Shown here: positions 15,460 to 26,912 of the stretch, piece by piece | Layout: each line of letters starts with the position of its first letter | Position numbering within the stretch: position 1 is the stretch's first letter | Assembly: GCF_006345805.1 (NCBI RefSeq) | Contig: NC_042998.1 | Span: forward strand, 42,470,001-42,534,000 | Source of the DNA: Octopus sinensis | Lineage: Eukaryota | Length of the DNA stretch: 64,000 bases | Direction of reading: 5' to 3' | The notes under the pieces: model-generated | The model's input: the letters and a program-made list of their open reading frames with translations, nothing else | Databases searched by the model: none | Told to the model about the DNA's origin: nothing | Translations under genes and position numbers: made by a program

Positions 15460-15783
15460 CTTGACAGTACTGGGACTGCCATGATGAACTTGCCATGATG
15501 AACTTGTTTAGAAGGCAATAGCACCAGATCCTCTCCTTGGTTGGCATAAGTGGAGATGTGGTCAGCTGAAGACGTGGATCACAACAGTCAAAGCAGATAT
15601 GGAACTTGTTTCTGGCCCTTGAGTCTTTGGTGTTCAACACTGGAACTGGGAATGCCTTCGACATGCTGCAGAATTGGCTACCAACAGACGTGCATGGACC
15701 ACTTTGACCCGTGACGTTGTGACCTCAATAGGAGCTGGCTTAACCCCTATCCCCACCCAAGGTTAAATCTGTTACAAGACAAG
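15460..15783 (+). mobile_element. 3' fragment of a second, distinct RTE-type LINE
   Basis: Translates to GQLKTWITTVKADMELVSGP*VFGVQHWNW...ELATNRRAW, a C-terminus like SR2-type RTE elements. Confidence 0.55.
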
Positions 15784-16487
15784 GAGAGAAGATAATAGTA
15801 TTTTATTTTATTGATTTCTTGTCACATTTTCATTAGCCAACTTATTGTCTCATGCAGGCAAGGACAAACTTTTTTGGGAAGGAAGCTGCATAGAACTTGG
15901 TTCATCATCAGGCAGACCACACTACTAAGAAAAATTCAAGGTAATTTTTCTTTAGATATGCCATTTAGAAAGACTCACTGGCAGCAATGGGTCTCATGCA
16001 GATCTATGAAATGTGTACTTGACTGATTTTAGATTATAGAACTAATGTTCATGATAATACTGAGCTGAAAATGCTTTGCCTCTTATGAGCTGTGGTAAGG
16101 TACTGTAATAACCAGTGATAAAAAGCTAAAAAGGAAGTCTCTGTGGAGTTGTTTGACTTGTTAGAAATAGCTACCAAATTTTCTTTAAATTACAACAAAA
16201 CTGCTTCAAAAGAAGACACAGTAGAAATGTAATCCTAGAGATGACAAGTCTGAAGAAAAAAGAAAAAAAAAAAGCATAATGATCCCAGCTGGAAAAACTT
16301 CAGTAGCTGTTATGTTTGATTAGAGATGACATGAGGTTAAATAACAACAACAACAACAACAACAGCAGTGGCAGCAGCAGCAGTGGCATCAGTGGTGGTA
16401 GCAGCAGTGGCAGTAGTTGTAGCAGCAACAACAACAGTGGCAGCAGTAACAGTAGCAGTAGAAGCAGCAGCACAATTCTCCATGAAA

Positions 16488-16545
<58 letters not shown>

Positions 16546-16911
16546 TTACTGCTACTACAACAAGAAAAATAAGAAAAAGATGTTTAAACCAGATATCTCA
16601 CCCAAATAGAAATGACTTAAATAAAAAAACAATTCGATAATGAATAAATGTATATATAGAGAGGCGCAATGGCCTAGTGGTTAGGGCAGCGGACTCGCGG
16701 TCGCAGGATCGCGGTTTCGATTCTCAGACTGGGCGTTGTGTGTGTTTATTGAGCGAAAACACCTAAAAGCTCTACGAGGCTCCGGCAGGGGGTGGTGATC
16801 CCTGCTGTACTCTTTCACCACAATGGCGGTGCCCCAGCATGGCCACAGCTCAAGAGCTGAAACTGGAAAAACAAAAACAAACAAAAACAAAAAATATATA
16901 TATTTACATAC

Positions 16912-17052
16912 TCGTATTGGTCAGCGTATTTCAACTGATCTTGCTGACGAAATGTTGCAAGTCTTTGAACTTCCTTATTGAGGAAACGATTCTTATTTTG
17001 CAAAACTCGAATATGTTCTTGGATCTCTTTGATTTTTTTCGAAGCATTCTCA
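16912..17052 (-). CDS. TBC1D2: Coding exon 10, coiled coil (ENASKKIKEIQEHIRVLQNKNRFLNKEVQRLATFRQQDQLKYADQY)
   Basis: ctttcag acceptor; GTATGT donor; N.FLN.E motif as recalled for TBC1D2. Confidence 0.9.
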
Positions 17053-17310
17053 CTGAAAGTATGACATGTATGTAGAATAATTAAAATTAGAGTTTATTCA
17101 ATTTTGGTGTTTGCTATGAGTGAAACAATATCATTAAAACTATAAACTGAATGCGGAAAATATTGATTGAATGTGTATGCATAGATTAGTTAATTTCATG
17201 AAGATATATGTATGTCTGTGTGTGCTGTGCTGTATGTGTGCTGTATGTGTGTATGCTGAGGGTGTGAGTATTGAGACAAAACAGCTGTTGCATATACAAA
17301 CATGGTATTC

Positions 17311-17379
<69 letters not shown>

Positions 17380-17387
17380 CCTATCTG

Positions 17388-17425
<38 letters not shown>

Positions 17426-17519
17426 AATCTATCCATTCCTCCCTTCCTCCCCCTCTCTCTCTCTCACTCTCTGTCTGTCTCTTTGTCTGCTTGTCTGTCT
17501 CTCTCTATATATGTGTGTG

Positions 17520-18435
17520 TACAAGATGGTATCAAAATGTTCCTGGACTAGTTCTGTAGCATGCCAACAGATGACAGCACATGATTGTGTGCTCAATGAG
17601 AGTTAGCAGTGACCTTCATGAGATAGTATGCTGAGTGACATCATTGTGTTTACTTTGCGAGTTGTAAAAATTTTTTTTTGTGTTTACATGTATACTGTAT
17701 TTTGCAGTTTTGTCATGGACATCAGATCAAAGTCTATCAAGATCTCTATCAGTGGGCCACAGATGACTCATCCTTCATGTCAAGGATCATCACAGATGAC
17801 AAGAGTTGGGTCTACAGGTATAACCCTGAGATGCAGTATCAGTCATCACAATGGAAGAACTCTTAATTTCCATGATGATAGCGCTGCAGTTCAATCTAGA
17901 GCATGTTACCTTTTTTTTTTATTTTGTGATCCACAATATTGTGCATTGAGAATTCATCCCCCAGGACTAGACTCTTAATCGAGAGTTCTACCACATCGTT
18001 TTGAAGTACTTGAGGAAGGACATTCAGCGAAAGTGACCAGATCTGTGGGATTTTTCATGTAAAAAGCACCAACCGATTGTGGCTGCTGCCAGCCTCCCCT
18101 GGCACGTAAAAAGCATCCACTACACTCATCGATTGGTTGGCGTTAGGAAGGGCATCCAGCTTTAGAAACACTGCCAGATTAGACTGGAGCCTGTTGCAGC
18201 CTCCTGGCTTCCCAGACCCCGGTTGAACTGCCCAACTCATGCTAGCTTGGAAAACGGACGTTAAACGATGATGATGATGATGATGAAGATGATGATAATG
18301 CACCCTGTCATTGAGCTCTCCTCACTCATGAGTTTCTAGCCCAAAACAACATGGTATCACTTCTGCACCTGCCCTATTTGCCAGATTTAACCCCTGTGGA
18401 CTTCCATCTCTTCCCCAAGATGAAAATGCGGCTTT
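17520..18435 (+). mobile_element. Decayed mariner (IS630-Tc1-mariner) transposon, interrupted by an RTE 3' end
   Basis: IITDDKSWVY, HDNAPCH and PYLPDLTPVDFHLFPKMK remnants (TGDE, HDNA and YSPDLAP motifs). Confidence 0.8.
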
Positions 18436-18464
18436 CAAAAATCATAAAGAAATTTGATATTTAC

Positions 18465-18605
18465 TTTTTCAAACCTGGTTGTGAACTCATTTCGAGTTCT
18501 TCAAGATGCTGGTCTAATTGTAAGATTATCAAATCTTTTCTGGCTATTGTCTCTTGGTAAGTTGTTAAAGTGTTTAGTACTTTAGCTAAAGTACACTTGG
18601 TTTCC
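18465..18605 (-). CDS. TBC1D2: Coding exon 9, coiled coil (ETKCTLAKVLNTLTTYQETIARKDLIILQLDQHLEELEMSSQPGLK)
   Basis: ttttccag acceptor; GTAAAT donor; phase 2/2. Confidence 0.85.
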
Positions 18606-19539
18606 CTGGAAAATACAAACATCCAGAAAGTTGAGTTAAGCAATGTATGTTAGATTTATTGAAAAGTAGAAGTCAATGAAGAAGAGAAAGAAAGCTCATT
18701 CACAGAACAAGTAATGTATTACCTCTTTAGCATTCAGATTACTCTGTCAAATGTAATGCTTATTTATTCATATTGTTTTGAATTTATCATGCTTATCTTG
18801 TGGCTTCATGATTTCAATGATGTGATTATTTATTTTCATAATGGCATTGTAGGGTAGGTATGACATGTTAGATCTGGTAAGTTTGAACATAAAAGTGATA
18901 GAATATTTTGGCTGGAAAGGGCTAGTTTAGATGTTAAAGGGTTACGGTAGGCATGGGCAATCTTTTTTGCGAAGTAGGCTACATAATGCATAGTTCATCA
19001 TCATGTGGGCTACACTACAAAAAAATTTAAAACTATTTTTTTCATTAAGCATGCCATACAGAAAATCCCATGGGTGGTAGGTTGCCCATTATTGTATTAA
19101 GGTGACACTGATCAAGAGAAAAAAATACTGTGAACTTTATTTCACAGAATTCATTTATGAAAAGCTCACAATTACACAGAAAGACAAAAAAGAAATGGGA
19201 AGATGATACTTTTTAGAACTTGCTCAGTTTAAGTAAAAAACATATGGTTTGGGTTGTGATAAAGAAATTCAGTGAACATTGGACAAACTTATGTGACTAA
19301 TACCACTAATGAAAAGTCAGTGAATGAGTAAGAGTAATCAGATGATTGCTAATTGCCTATAAGAGAACAATATGGAAGATATGGTATATAGGAACTTAAC
19401 AAAGATCAATTAGAGCAGACTAAGAACCATTTATAATTGAACAGAATTTGTTAATCATCAATATAACAGGTTATCTAACAACATCCATAAGCAACCTACG
19501 TGATAGTTTGAGGTAAGAATTAATTATTCTAAAACTCAC

Positions 19540-19632
19540 ATGAGTTCTTCTTCAAGCTCTGTTTCTCTTGCCATATGTTTATTTTCTTCACTATTCTCTT
19601 CTGAATCATTGTCCTTTTTGTTGCAGCAATTT
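19540..19632 (-). CDS. TBC1D2: Coding exon 8 (NCCNKKDNDSEENSEENKHMARETELEEELM)
   Basis: ttttag acceptor; GTGAGT donor; phase 2/2. Confidence 0.8.
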
Positions 19633-20972
19633 CTAAAATAGAATAAAATAAAATGAATACGAAGTGTTTTATCAAAAAAAAAAAAAAAAAATTTCAGATA
19701 TATAATTCGTTTGTGGAAGCATATCAAGGCTTCTCAGTACTCAGAGCTAGAGACACTTTAGGCACCTGTCATCTTAATTAACAGGCCTGGTATAGTAGTG
19801 GAAATTTTGCAGATCTTTGCACCAGTACCTGTTTCTTTACTGCCCACAAGGGGCTACACACAGAGGGAACAAACAAGGACAGACAAACAGATTAAGTCGA
19901 TTATATCGACCCCAGTGCATAACTGGTACTTAATTTATCGAACCCGAAAGGATGAAAGGCAAAGTCGACCTCGGCGGAATTTGAACTCAGAACGTAAACG
20001 GCAGACGAAATACCGTTAAGCATTTCGCTCGGTGTGCTAACGATTCTGCCAGCTCGCCACCCTAGTACCAGTACCAGAGTGGGTGTGGGGTGTGGTGAGA
20101 AAATTTTCCTCTTAACTATACTTCTACTTATTTGTGTAAGTTAGGAAATATAGCTAGGACATTTATAATGAACCTAAAGCGAGAAGTTTATTGTAGATTC
20201 AATATACATACATATATACATACATTCCAATGAAGGTGCCTTGGATCTTGGTTAGAAACTGGCTCTTTCTCTATTGACAAGAAATCTTGAAATAAAACTG
20301 AACAATCACATAAATTTAAATATATATGAGCATGTTTATATATGCAACTATATGCATGAGAATACATGCATAAAACAAAACATACAAACCTGCACATATA
20401 CATACATACATACATACATACATACATACATTAACCTATTCCTTATTATCATCACCACCACCACCACCACCACCACCATCATCATGATTTAACGTCCATT
20501 TTCCATGTTGGCATGGGTTAAGTAGTTTGACAGGAGATTGTAAGGCTAGGGGGCCACACCATTGTCCATTATCTATTCTGGCATGGTTTCCTACTGAAAA
20601 CATATATATTGATGTGAAGGAGCATGGCTCTGTGGTTAAAGTGCTGGGCTTACAATCATGAGGTAGTGAGTTTGATTCTTGGACTGGACTGTGTGTTGTA
20701 TTCTTGAGCAAGACACTTTATGTCATGTTATTTCATTTCACTCAGTTGTAGAAATGAGTTGTGATGTCACTGGTGCCAAGCTTTATCAGCTTTTGCCTTT
20801 CCCTTGGACAACATTGGTGGTGTGGAGAGGGGAGGCTGGTATGCATGGGCAACTGCTTGTCTTCCATAAGCAACCTTGCTCAGACTTGTACCTTGAAGGG
20901 TAACTTTCCAAGTGCAATCCCATGGTCATTCATGACCAGTTGACCAATGGGGTTTTTTACCCTTTATATATA

Positions 20973-21266
20973 TATCTGTAAATGTAATATGTGATAACTA
21001 TTTGGTAGTCATGATAAAATTCCGAGCTTCGGATGCCGAGGTGGAAATCCATGCCGCCATCTCTTCAGTTATCCAGCCATCGGAAAAATGTGTTTATTTA
21101 TCTTATGTAAAAGAAAGCTTTCCATCTCATACATTTATTTATCTTAGGCATTTTTCCGATGGCTGGATAACTGAAGAGATAGCAGCATGGATTTCCACCT
21201 CGACATTTGAAACTCAGAGTTTTATCATGGCTACCAAATAATTGTCACATATTACATTTACAGATA
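20973..21266. mobile_element. Inverted repeat (118-bp arms 20973-21090 and 21149-21266) with a hammerhead-like motif at 21166-21226
   Basis: GATAA-CTGAAGA-...-GAAA-CTCAGAG-TT-TTATC; the arms are reverse complements; TA runs nearby. Confidence 0.65.
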
Positions 21267-21328
21267 AATTCCTCTATTTACATAATATCGAGGTCTCTTT
21301 CTTTCTTTTGTTGTCTTACCGTTTTTAT

Positions 21329-21361
<33 letters not shown>

Positions 21362-21367
<6 letters not shown>

Positions 21368-22815
21368 TGTAGGTAGAAACTCTATAAGATGTACCCAGTG
21401 TAAGCTATGGACACATAAGAGGTGCAGCAATGTCAAAGGTAGGCTAACTGGGAAGATAGTTTTTGTATGTGGCAGATGCTCGGGAGCATTGACCTCCGAA
21501 AATCTGCAGAAAACAACTTCCGTCACTTTCCGGGGGGAAAAACTAGAAGTAGTTGATAGCTTCCGCTATCTAGGTGACCAAGTCAGTAGTGGGGGTGGGA
21601 GCGCTGAAAGTGTAACTGCTAGAATAAGAATAGCCTGGGCAAAGTTTAGGGAGCTCTTACCTCTGCTGGTGACTAAAGGCCTCTCGCTCAGAGTAAAAGG
21701 CAGACTGTATGATGCATGTGTACGAACAGCTATGCTACATGGCAGTGAAACATGGGCCGTGACTGCTGAGGACATGTGTAAGCTCGTGAGGAATGAAGCC
21801 AGTATGCTCCGATGGATGTGTAATGTCAGTGTACTTACTCGACAGAGCGTTAGTACCTTGAGGGAAATGTTGTACCTAAGAAGCATCAGTTGTGGTGTGC
21901 AAGAGAGACGATTGCGCTGGTATGGTCATGTGGCGAGAATGGATGAAGATAGGTGTGTGAGAAAGTGCCAATCCCTAGCAGTTGAGGGAACCCGTGGAAG
22001 AGGTAGACCCAGGAAAACCTGGGACGAGGTGGTGAAGCACGACCTTCGGACGTTAGGCCTCACCATGGAAATGACTAGAGACCGAGACCTATGGAAGTAT
22101 GCTGTGCGTGAGAAGACCCGGCAAGACTAGTGAAGCCATATCCCGTGGCCTCTACCTGGGACGTAGTCAGTCCACCTGTGCATACCTTCCTTATTGTGAC
22201 ACTTGAGAAGACCTGTTGAGGCAAGTGAAAATCAAAATCAAAACCAAATCAAAATAGATGTACATCAATGGAATTTGTATCCTATTTGTATCCTGTATGG
22301 TACCAGTGCCGGTGGCACATAAGAAAACCATCTGAACGTGACCGTAGCCAGTACCGCATCAACTGGCCTCCGTGCTGAGGGCATGTAACAAACACCATCC
22401 GAGCGTGGCCATTCGCCAGCCTCGTCTGGCACCTGTGCCGGTGACACATAAGAAAACACCATCCGAGCGTGGCCGTCTGCCAGCCTCGTCTGGCACCTGT
22501 GTAGGTGGCACATAAAAAACACCATCCGAGCGTGGCCGTCTGCCAGCCTCGTCTGGCACCTGTGTCGGTGGCACATAAAAAACACCATCCGAGCGTGGCC
22601 GTCTGCCAGCCTCGTCTGGCACCTGTGTCGGTGGCACATAAAATCACCCACTACACTCTCGGAGTGGTTGGCGTTAGGAAGGGCATCCAGCTGTAGAAAC
22701 ACTACCAGATCTGACTGGCCTGGTGCAGCCTTCGGGCTTGCCAGACCCCAGTTGAACCGTCCAACCCATGCTAGCATGGAAAGCGGACGTTAAACGATGA
22801 TGATGATGATGATAT
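21362..22815 (+). mobile_element. 5'-truncated RTE-clade LINE, young copy: intact C-terminal ORF2 to the stop at 22130, 3'UTR with ~61-bp tandem repeats, (GAT)n tail, inserted in (TA)n
   Basis: ORF contains FRYLG, RIRIAWAKF, HGSETW, RRLRWYGHVARM and RGRGRPRKTW, typical of the RTE post-RT region. Confidence 0.9.
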
Positions 22816-22823
22816 ATAAATAC

Positions 22824-22902
<79 letters not shown>

Positions 22903-23407
22903 GAAATTAAATGAATATAATTTATTTAATCTCATATTATGCTCTGTACTCAACTAATGTTTTCTTCTGAAGCATATGTATATTGAGTTCTAACACCTAC
23001 CCCACTTCACATCATCTCCCTATTTCTAATCTGTCTACGATTTTATGAAACTTACTTTTCACACCCCAGCTCATTTGTGCTGTTACTTATCATCCCTTCC
23101 TCTCTGACCTACTTCTGGTTTTCTTTACCTTCCCCACAAACTGAGACTCACCACTGACCAAATCCAGTCACAAAGTTTTGGTCAGCTTAGAGTTGTAGAA
23201 GACACTTGTGCAAGTTACCACATAGTGGGACTGAACCTGAAATCATGTAGTTGGGAAACAAATTTCTTAACCACCTCACCACAGCCACACCTTCCATTTA
23301 TTATTTAGTTATAAAATCTTGAAACATATATAATGATTGTGTAAACTTTAATAACTGTCTATCACATTTCTATAAGCAATAGGAAAAGAAAAAAAATCAG
23401 TCCTTAC

Positions 23408-23696
23408 TTTGTTTCAGCAAGAACTGATGTAATTTCCCGAATGGTTTCTCCTGTGATAGTATTTCGTTTACTTCGTTTGTTTTGCTTTGCACTTCGGGTA
23501 GGGTTGTGATTATTTTCAGCAGTTTGTTCACAATTGTACACTATTTCAGAACTCTTACTGAGAGTGCTAGACGAGATAAATGGTGACTTTTCAATAGCCT
23601 CATTGTTCTGATAATTTGAAATTGATTTAGTTTGGTTTTGGAGTTCAACGTCAGCCGTTAAATTCTTTGCTTTCATTGATGAGTCTTTTATCGAAT
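23408..23696 (-). CDS. TBC1D2: Coding exon 7, S/N-rich linker (SIKDSSMKAKNLTAD...ITSVLAETK)
   Basis: Coincides with ORF 23404..23676; aag acceptor; GTAAGG donor; phase 1/2. Confidence 0.75.
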
Positions 23697-23799
23697 CTTT
23701 TGTAAAGAAAAGAAATATTTAAATAATAGATACAAATAAAATCAAGGAAATACATCAAGGATATAATCTGTTTGAAAATTCATATCTATATTTCTTTCT

Positions 23800-24650
23800 A
23801 TTTCAAGGCCTGAAATTTTGCAAGAGAGGTCTATTTGATTACATCGAGAGATCTATTTGATTACATTGACTAGTACTTATTTCATTGCCCCTAAAAGGGT
23901 GAAAGGCAAAGTTGATTTTGGCAGAATTTGAACTTAGTATGTAAAGATGGACAAAATGGTGTGCTAACAATTCTTATTTCTTTATTGCCCACAAGAGGCT
24001 AAACATAGACGGGACAAACAACGACAGACAAAGGGGTTAAGTCGATTACATCGATCCCAGTGCATAACTGGTACTTAATTTATTGACCCCGAAAGGATGA
24101 AAGGCAAAGTCGACCTCGGTTGAATTTGAACTCAAAATGTAACGGCAGATGAAATACCTATTTCTTTACTACCCACAAGGGGCTAAACACAGAGAGGACA
24201 AACAAGGACAGACAAACAGATTAAGTCGATTATATCGACCCCAGTGCATGACTGGTACTTATTTAATCAACCCCGAGAGGATGAAAGGCAAAGTCGACCT
24301 CGGCGGAATTTGAACTCAGAACGTAATGGCAGATGAAATACGGCTATGCATTTCACCTGGCGTGCTAACGTTTCTGCCAGCTCGCCGCCTTAAAATCCAT
24401 ATCTATATTATTTATTCTGTCAGATCTTATTTAATATTCTTTCTGCTATAGGTACAAAGCCTGAAATTTTGGGAGAAGGGGATAGTTGATCACATCGATC
24501 CTAGTTCTCAAATGGGGCTTATTTTATGAACCCTGAAAGGATGAAAGGCAATGTTGACTTCAGCAGAATTTGAGCTCAGAATGTAAAGACAGACAAAATT
24601 CTTAGCATCTTTTCCAGCATGCTAATGATTCTGCCAGCTCACCACATTAG
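23800..24650 (-). mobile_element. Nested and tandem cluster of SINE group C. Other copies at ~13260-13960, 19830-20060, 58520-58745(+), 63925-64000(+)
   Basis: Repeated AAAGGATGAAAGGCAAAGTCGACCTCGGCGGAATTTGAACTCAGAAC core (B-box on the minus strand). Confidence 0.8.
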
Positions 24651-24960
24651 ACCTTACTTTAATGTAAGATAATACCAGGTAAATTTGTAATCTTTTGCAT
24701 CATATATTAAACTAAGACTATAAATTTAACCTTTCTTGGTGAATCTTTTAAACCTAAGAGGTAACACAAATGGTAAAGGTTTTTTTAAGGTAAAAAATAA
24801 AAATAAAAGCAAAGTAATATCATTACAATGAACCACTATTAGACTTATTGGACAACTCATTGAGCTTATACATTTAACAAAGCTACTGTTCTTGAATGCA
24901 TATTTTATAACAAAAACAAAGAAAAACAAAAAGTGAATGCTAACATTCATTTAATCTTAC

Positions 24961-25014
24961 CTTTAAATAATGGTGGTAGAGATCTCATTCGGATTAGACT
25001 TTTTTTCTCCACAT
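24961..25014 (-). CDS. TBC1D2: Coding exon 6, 54 nt (HVEKKSLIRMRSLPPLFK)
   Basis: Weak AAG acceptor; strong AAG|GTAAGA donor; phase 1/1, so it can be skipped in frame. Confidence 0.6.
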
Positions 25015-25428
25015 CTTTACATAAAAAAGTATAAATAACCAAAATTAGATTAACAGCCTAAAACAATTTCAGATTTCCATAGAAATTGTTTATAAGATTA
25101 ATTCAAAGAATCATGCATCATAAAATTTGCATGCAACTCTCATATTCTACATCAGCTACTCAAATTGGCTTGACTTTATACATGTTAAAGTACAGGTGTC
25201 TGAATATAAAAAATGTATTCGCTTCTAATAGAAGCAACAGTTTGAAATAACATGCATTTTATAACTACTGTAAGATTTTCACCATAGATTGCATCAAACA
25301 AAAATGGATTTGTTAATTGTGTTACCAACTCATTATATCATTTATCACTTTTGTCAATCTCTATTTAACGTCTCTGAAATTTTTGCACAACATGCATAAA
25401 ACTTCCCAATTCCTTTTCATCCATAAAA

Positions 25429-26912
25429 CACCAGTATGGTGAGGGTGGGCAATGAGTACAGCAAAGAATTCAGGGTACAAGTAGGGGTTCACCAAGGATC
25501 GGTGCTCAGCCCCCTCTTGTTCATCATAGTTCTCCAGACAATAACAGAGGAATTCAAGGCAGGCTGCATCTAGGAGCTCCTCTATGCTGATGACCTTGCT
25601 CTTATAGTTGAGTCACTACTTGAACTAGAGAAGTTCCAGGTATGGGAGCAAGGTCTAGAATCAAAGGGCCTTAGGGTTAACCTAGCAAAAACCAAAGTCA
25701 TAGTTAGTAGGAAAGTAGACAGAACACAAATCCCTTCAGGTAGATGGCCCTGCTCAATCTGTAGAAAAGGTGTAAAAAACTCCATAAGATGCATCCAATG
25801 GAAGCTTTAGACACATAAAAGGTGCAGCAACATCCAAGAAAGGTTAACAGGGTAACTAACTTTTGTATGTGGAAGGTGCACAAGTACAATAAATGCTGAA
25901 AATGCACAGAAAACAGGCTCCATCAACTGCCAGGGAGGCAAGCTAGAAGTAGTAGATAGCTTCCATTATCTAGGTGACCAAGTTAGTAGTGGGGGTGGAT
26001 GGCCAGAGAGTGTAGTTGTGAGAATAAGTTTAGGCTGGGCAAAGTTCAGAAGGTCCTACCCCTGCTGGCAACAAAAGGCCCCTCTCTCTCAGAGTGAAAG
26101 GCAGAGTGTTTGATGCCTGTGTGTGAACAGCCATGCAGCATGACAGTGAAACATGGGCTATGACAGCTGAGGACATGTGTGGTTGAAAGAAATGAAGCCA
26201 GTATACTTCGCTGGATGTGCAATGTCAGTGTGCATGTTTGACAGAATGTAAGCATCTTGAGGGAAAGTTAGGCATAAGAGGAATCCGATGTGGTGTGCAA
26301 GAGAAACAACTGCGCTGGTATGGCCATGTAATGTGTATGGATGAGGACAGCTGTGTAAAGAAGTGCTGATCTCTAACTGTGAAGGAAACATGTGGTAGAC
26401 CCAGGAAGACATGGGATGAGGTGGTGAAACATGATCTTCGAACTCTGAGCCTCTCAGAGGCAATGATTGGTGACCAAAACCTTTAGTGAGGTGCTGTGCT
26501 TGAGAGGACCCATTAAGCCAAGTGCATCCGTGTTGGTGGCACATAAAGGATATCGTATGAATGTTGGGCCTCATGGAGACAAATATTAAGGCTTTTGACA
26601 TTATGTTATGCTTGAGAAGAAGACCCATCAAGCTGAGCAAAATTGCAGTCATGGCAGATACCAGTGTCATGCAAATTAGTACCCATACCACTGGCCCATA
26701 AATGCACCCCAGTGTTATGCAAATGGCATGCATGCTAGTAGTATGTAAAAGCACCTATTACACTCTCAGAGTGGTTGGCATTAAGTAGGGCATCCAGCCA
26801 TAGAAATCCATGCAAAATCAGACTGGAGTCTGGTGCAGCCTTCTAGCATGCTAGCCCAGTCAAACTATCCAACCCATGCTAGCATGAACAACAGACGTTA
26901 AATGATGATGAT
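25429..26912 (+). mobile_element. Decayed RTE LINE copy including RT motifs
   Basis: GVHQGSVLSPLLF, ELLYADDL and GLRVNLAKTK with stops and frameshifts; same family as 21362-22815. Confidence 0.88.

Noticed and set aside
16659-16735. tRNA-like sequence with A and B boxes (also 7966-8040)
   Set aside because: Continues into a SINE body and lacks a complete acceptor stem, so it is a SINE head rather than a tRNA gene
20225-20300. CCAATGA...GAAACTGG and CTATTGA...GAAA hammerhead-like strings
   Set aside because: Too many core mismatches and no convincing stems
22385-22640. Regularly spaced ~61-bp repeats superficially like a CRISPR array
   Set aside because: No unique spacers; tandem units inside a LINE 3'UTR in a eukaryotic intron
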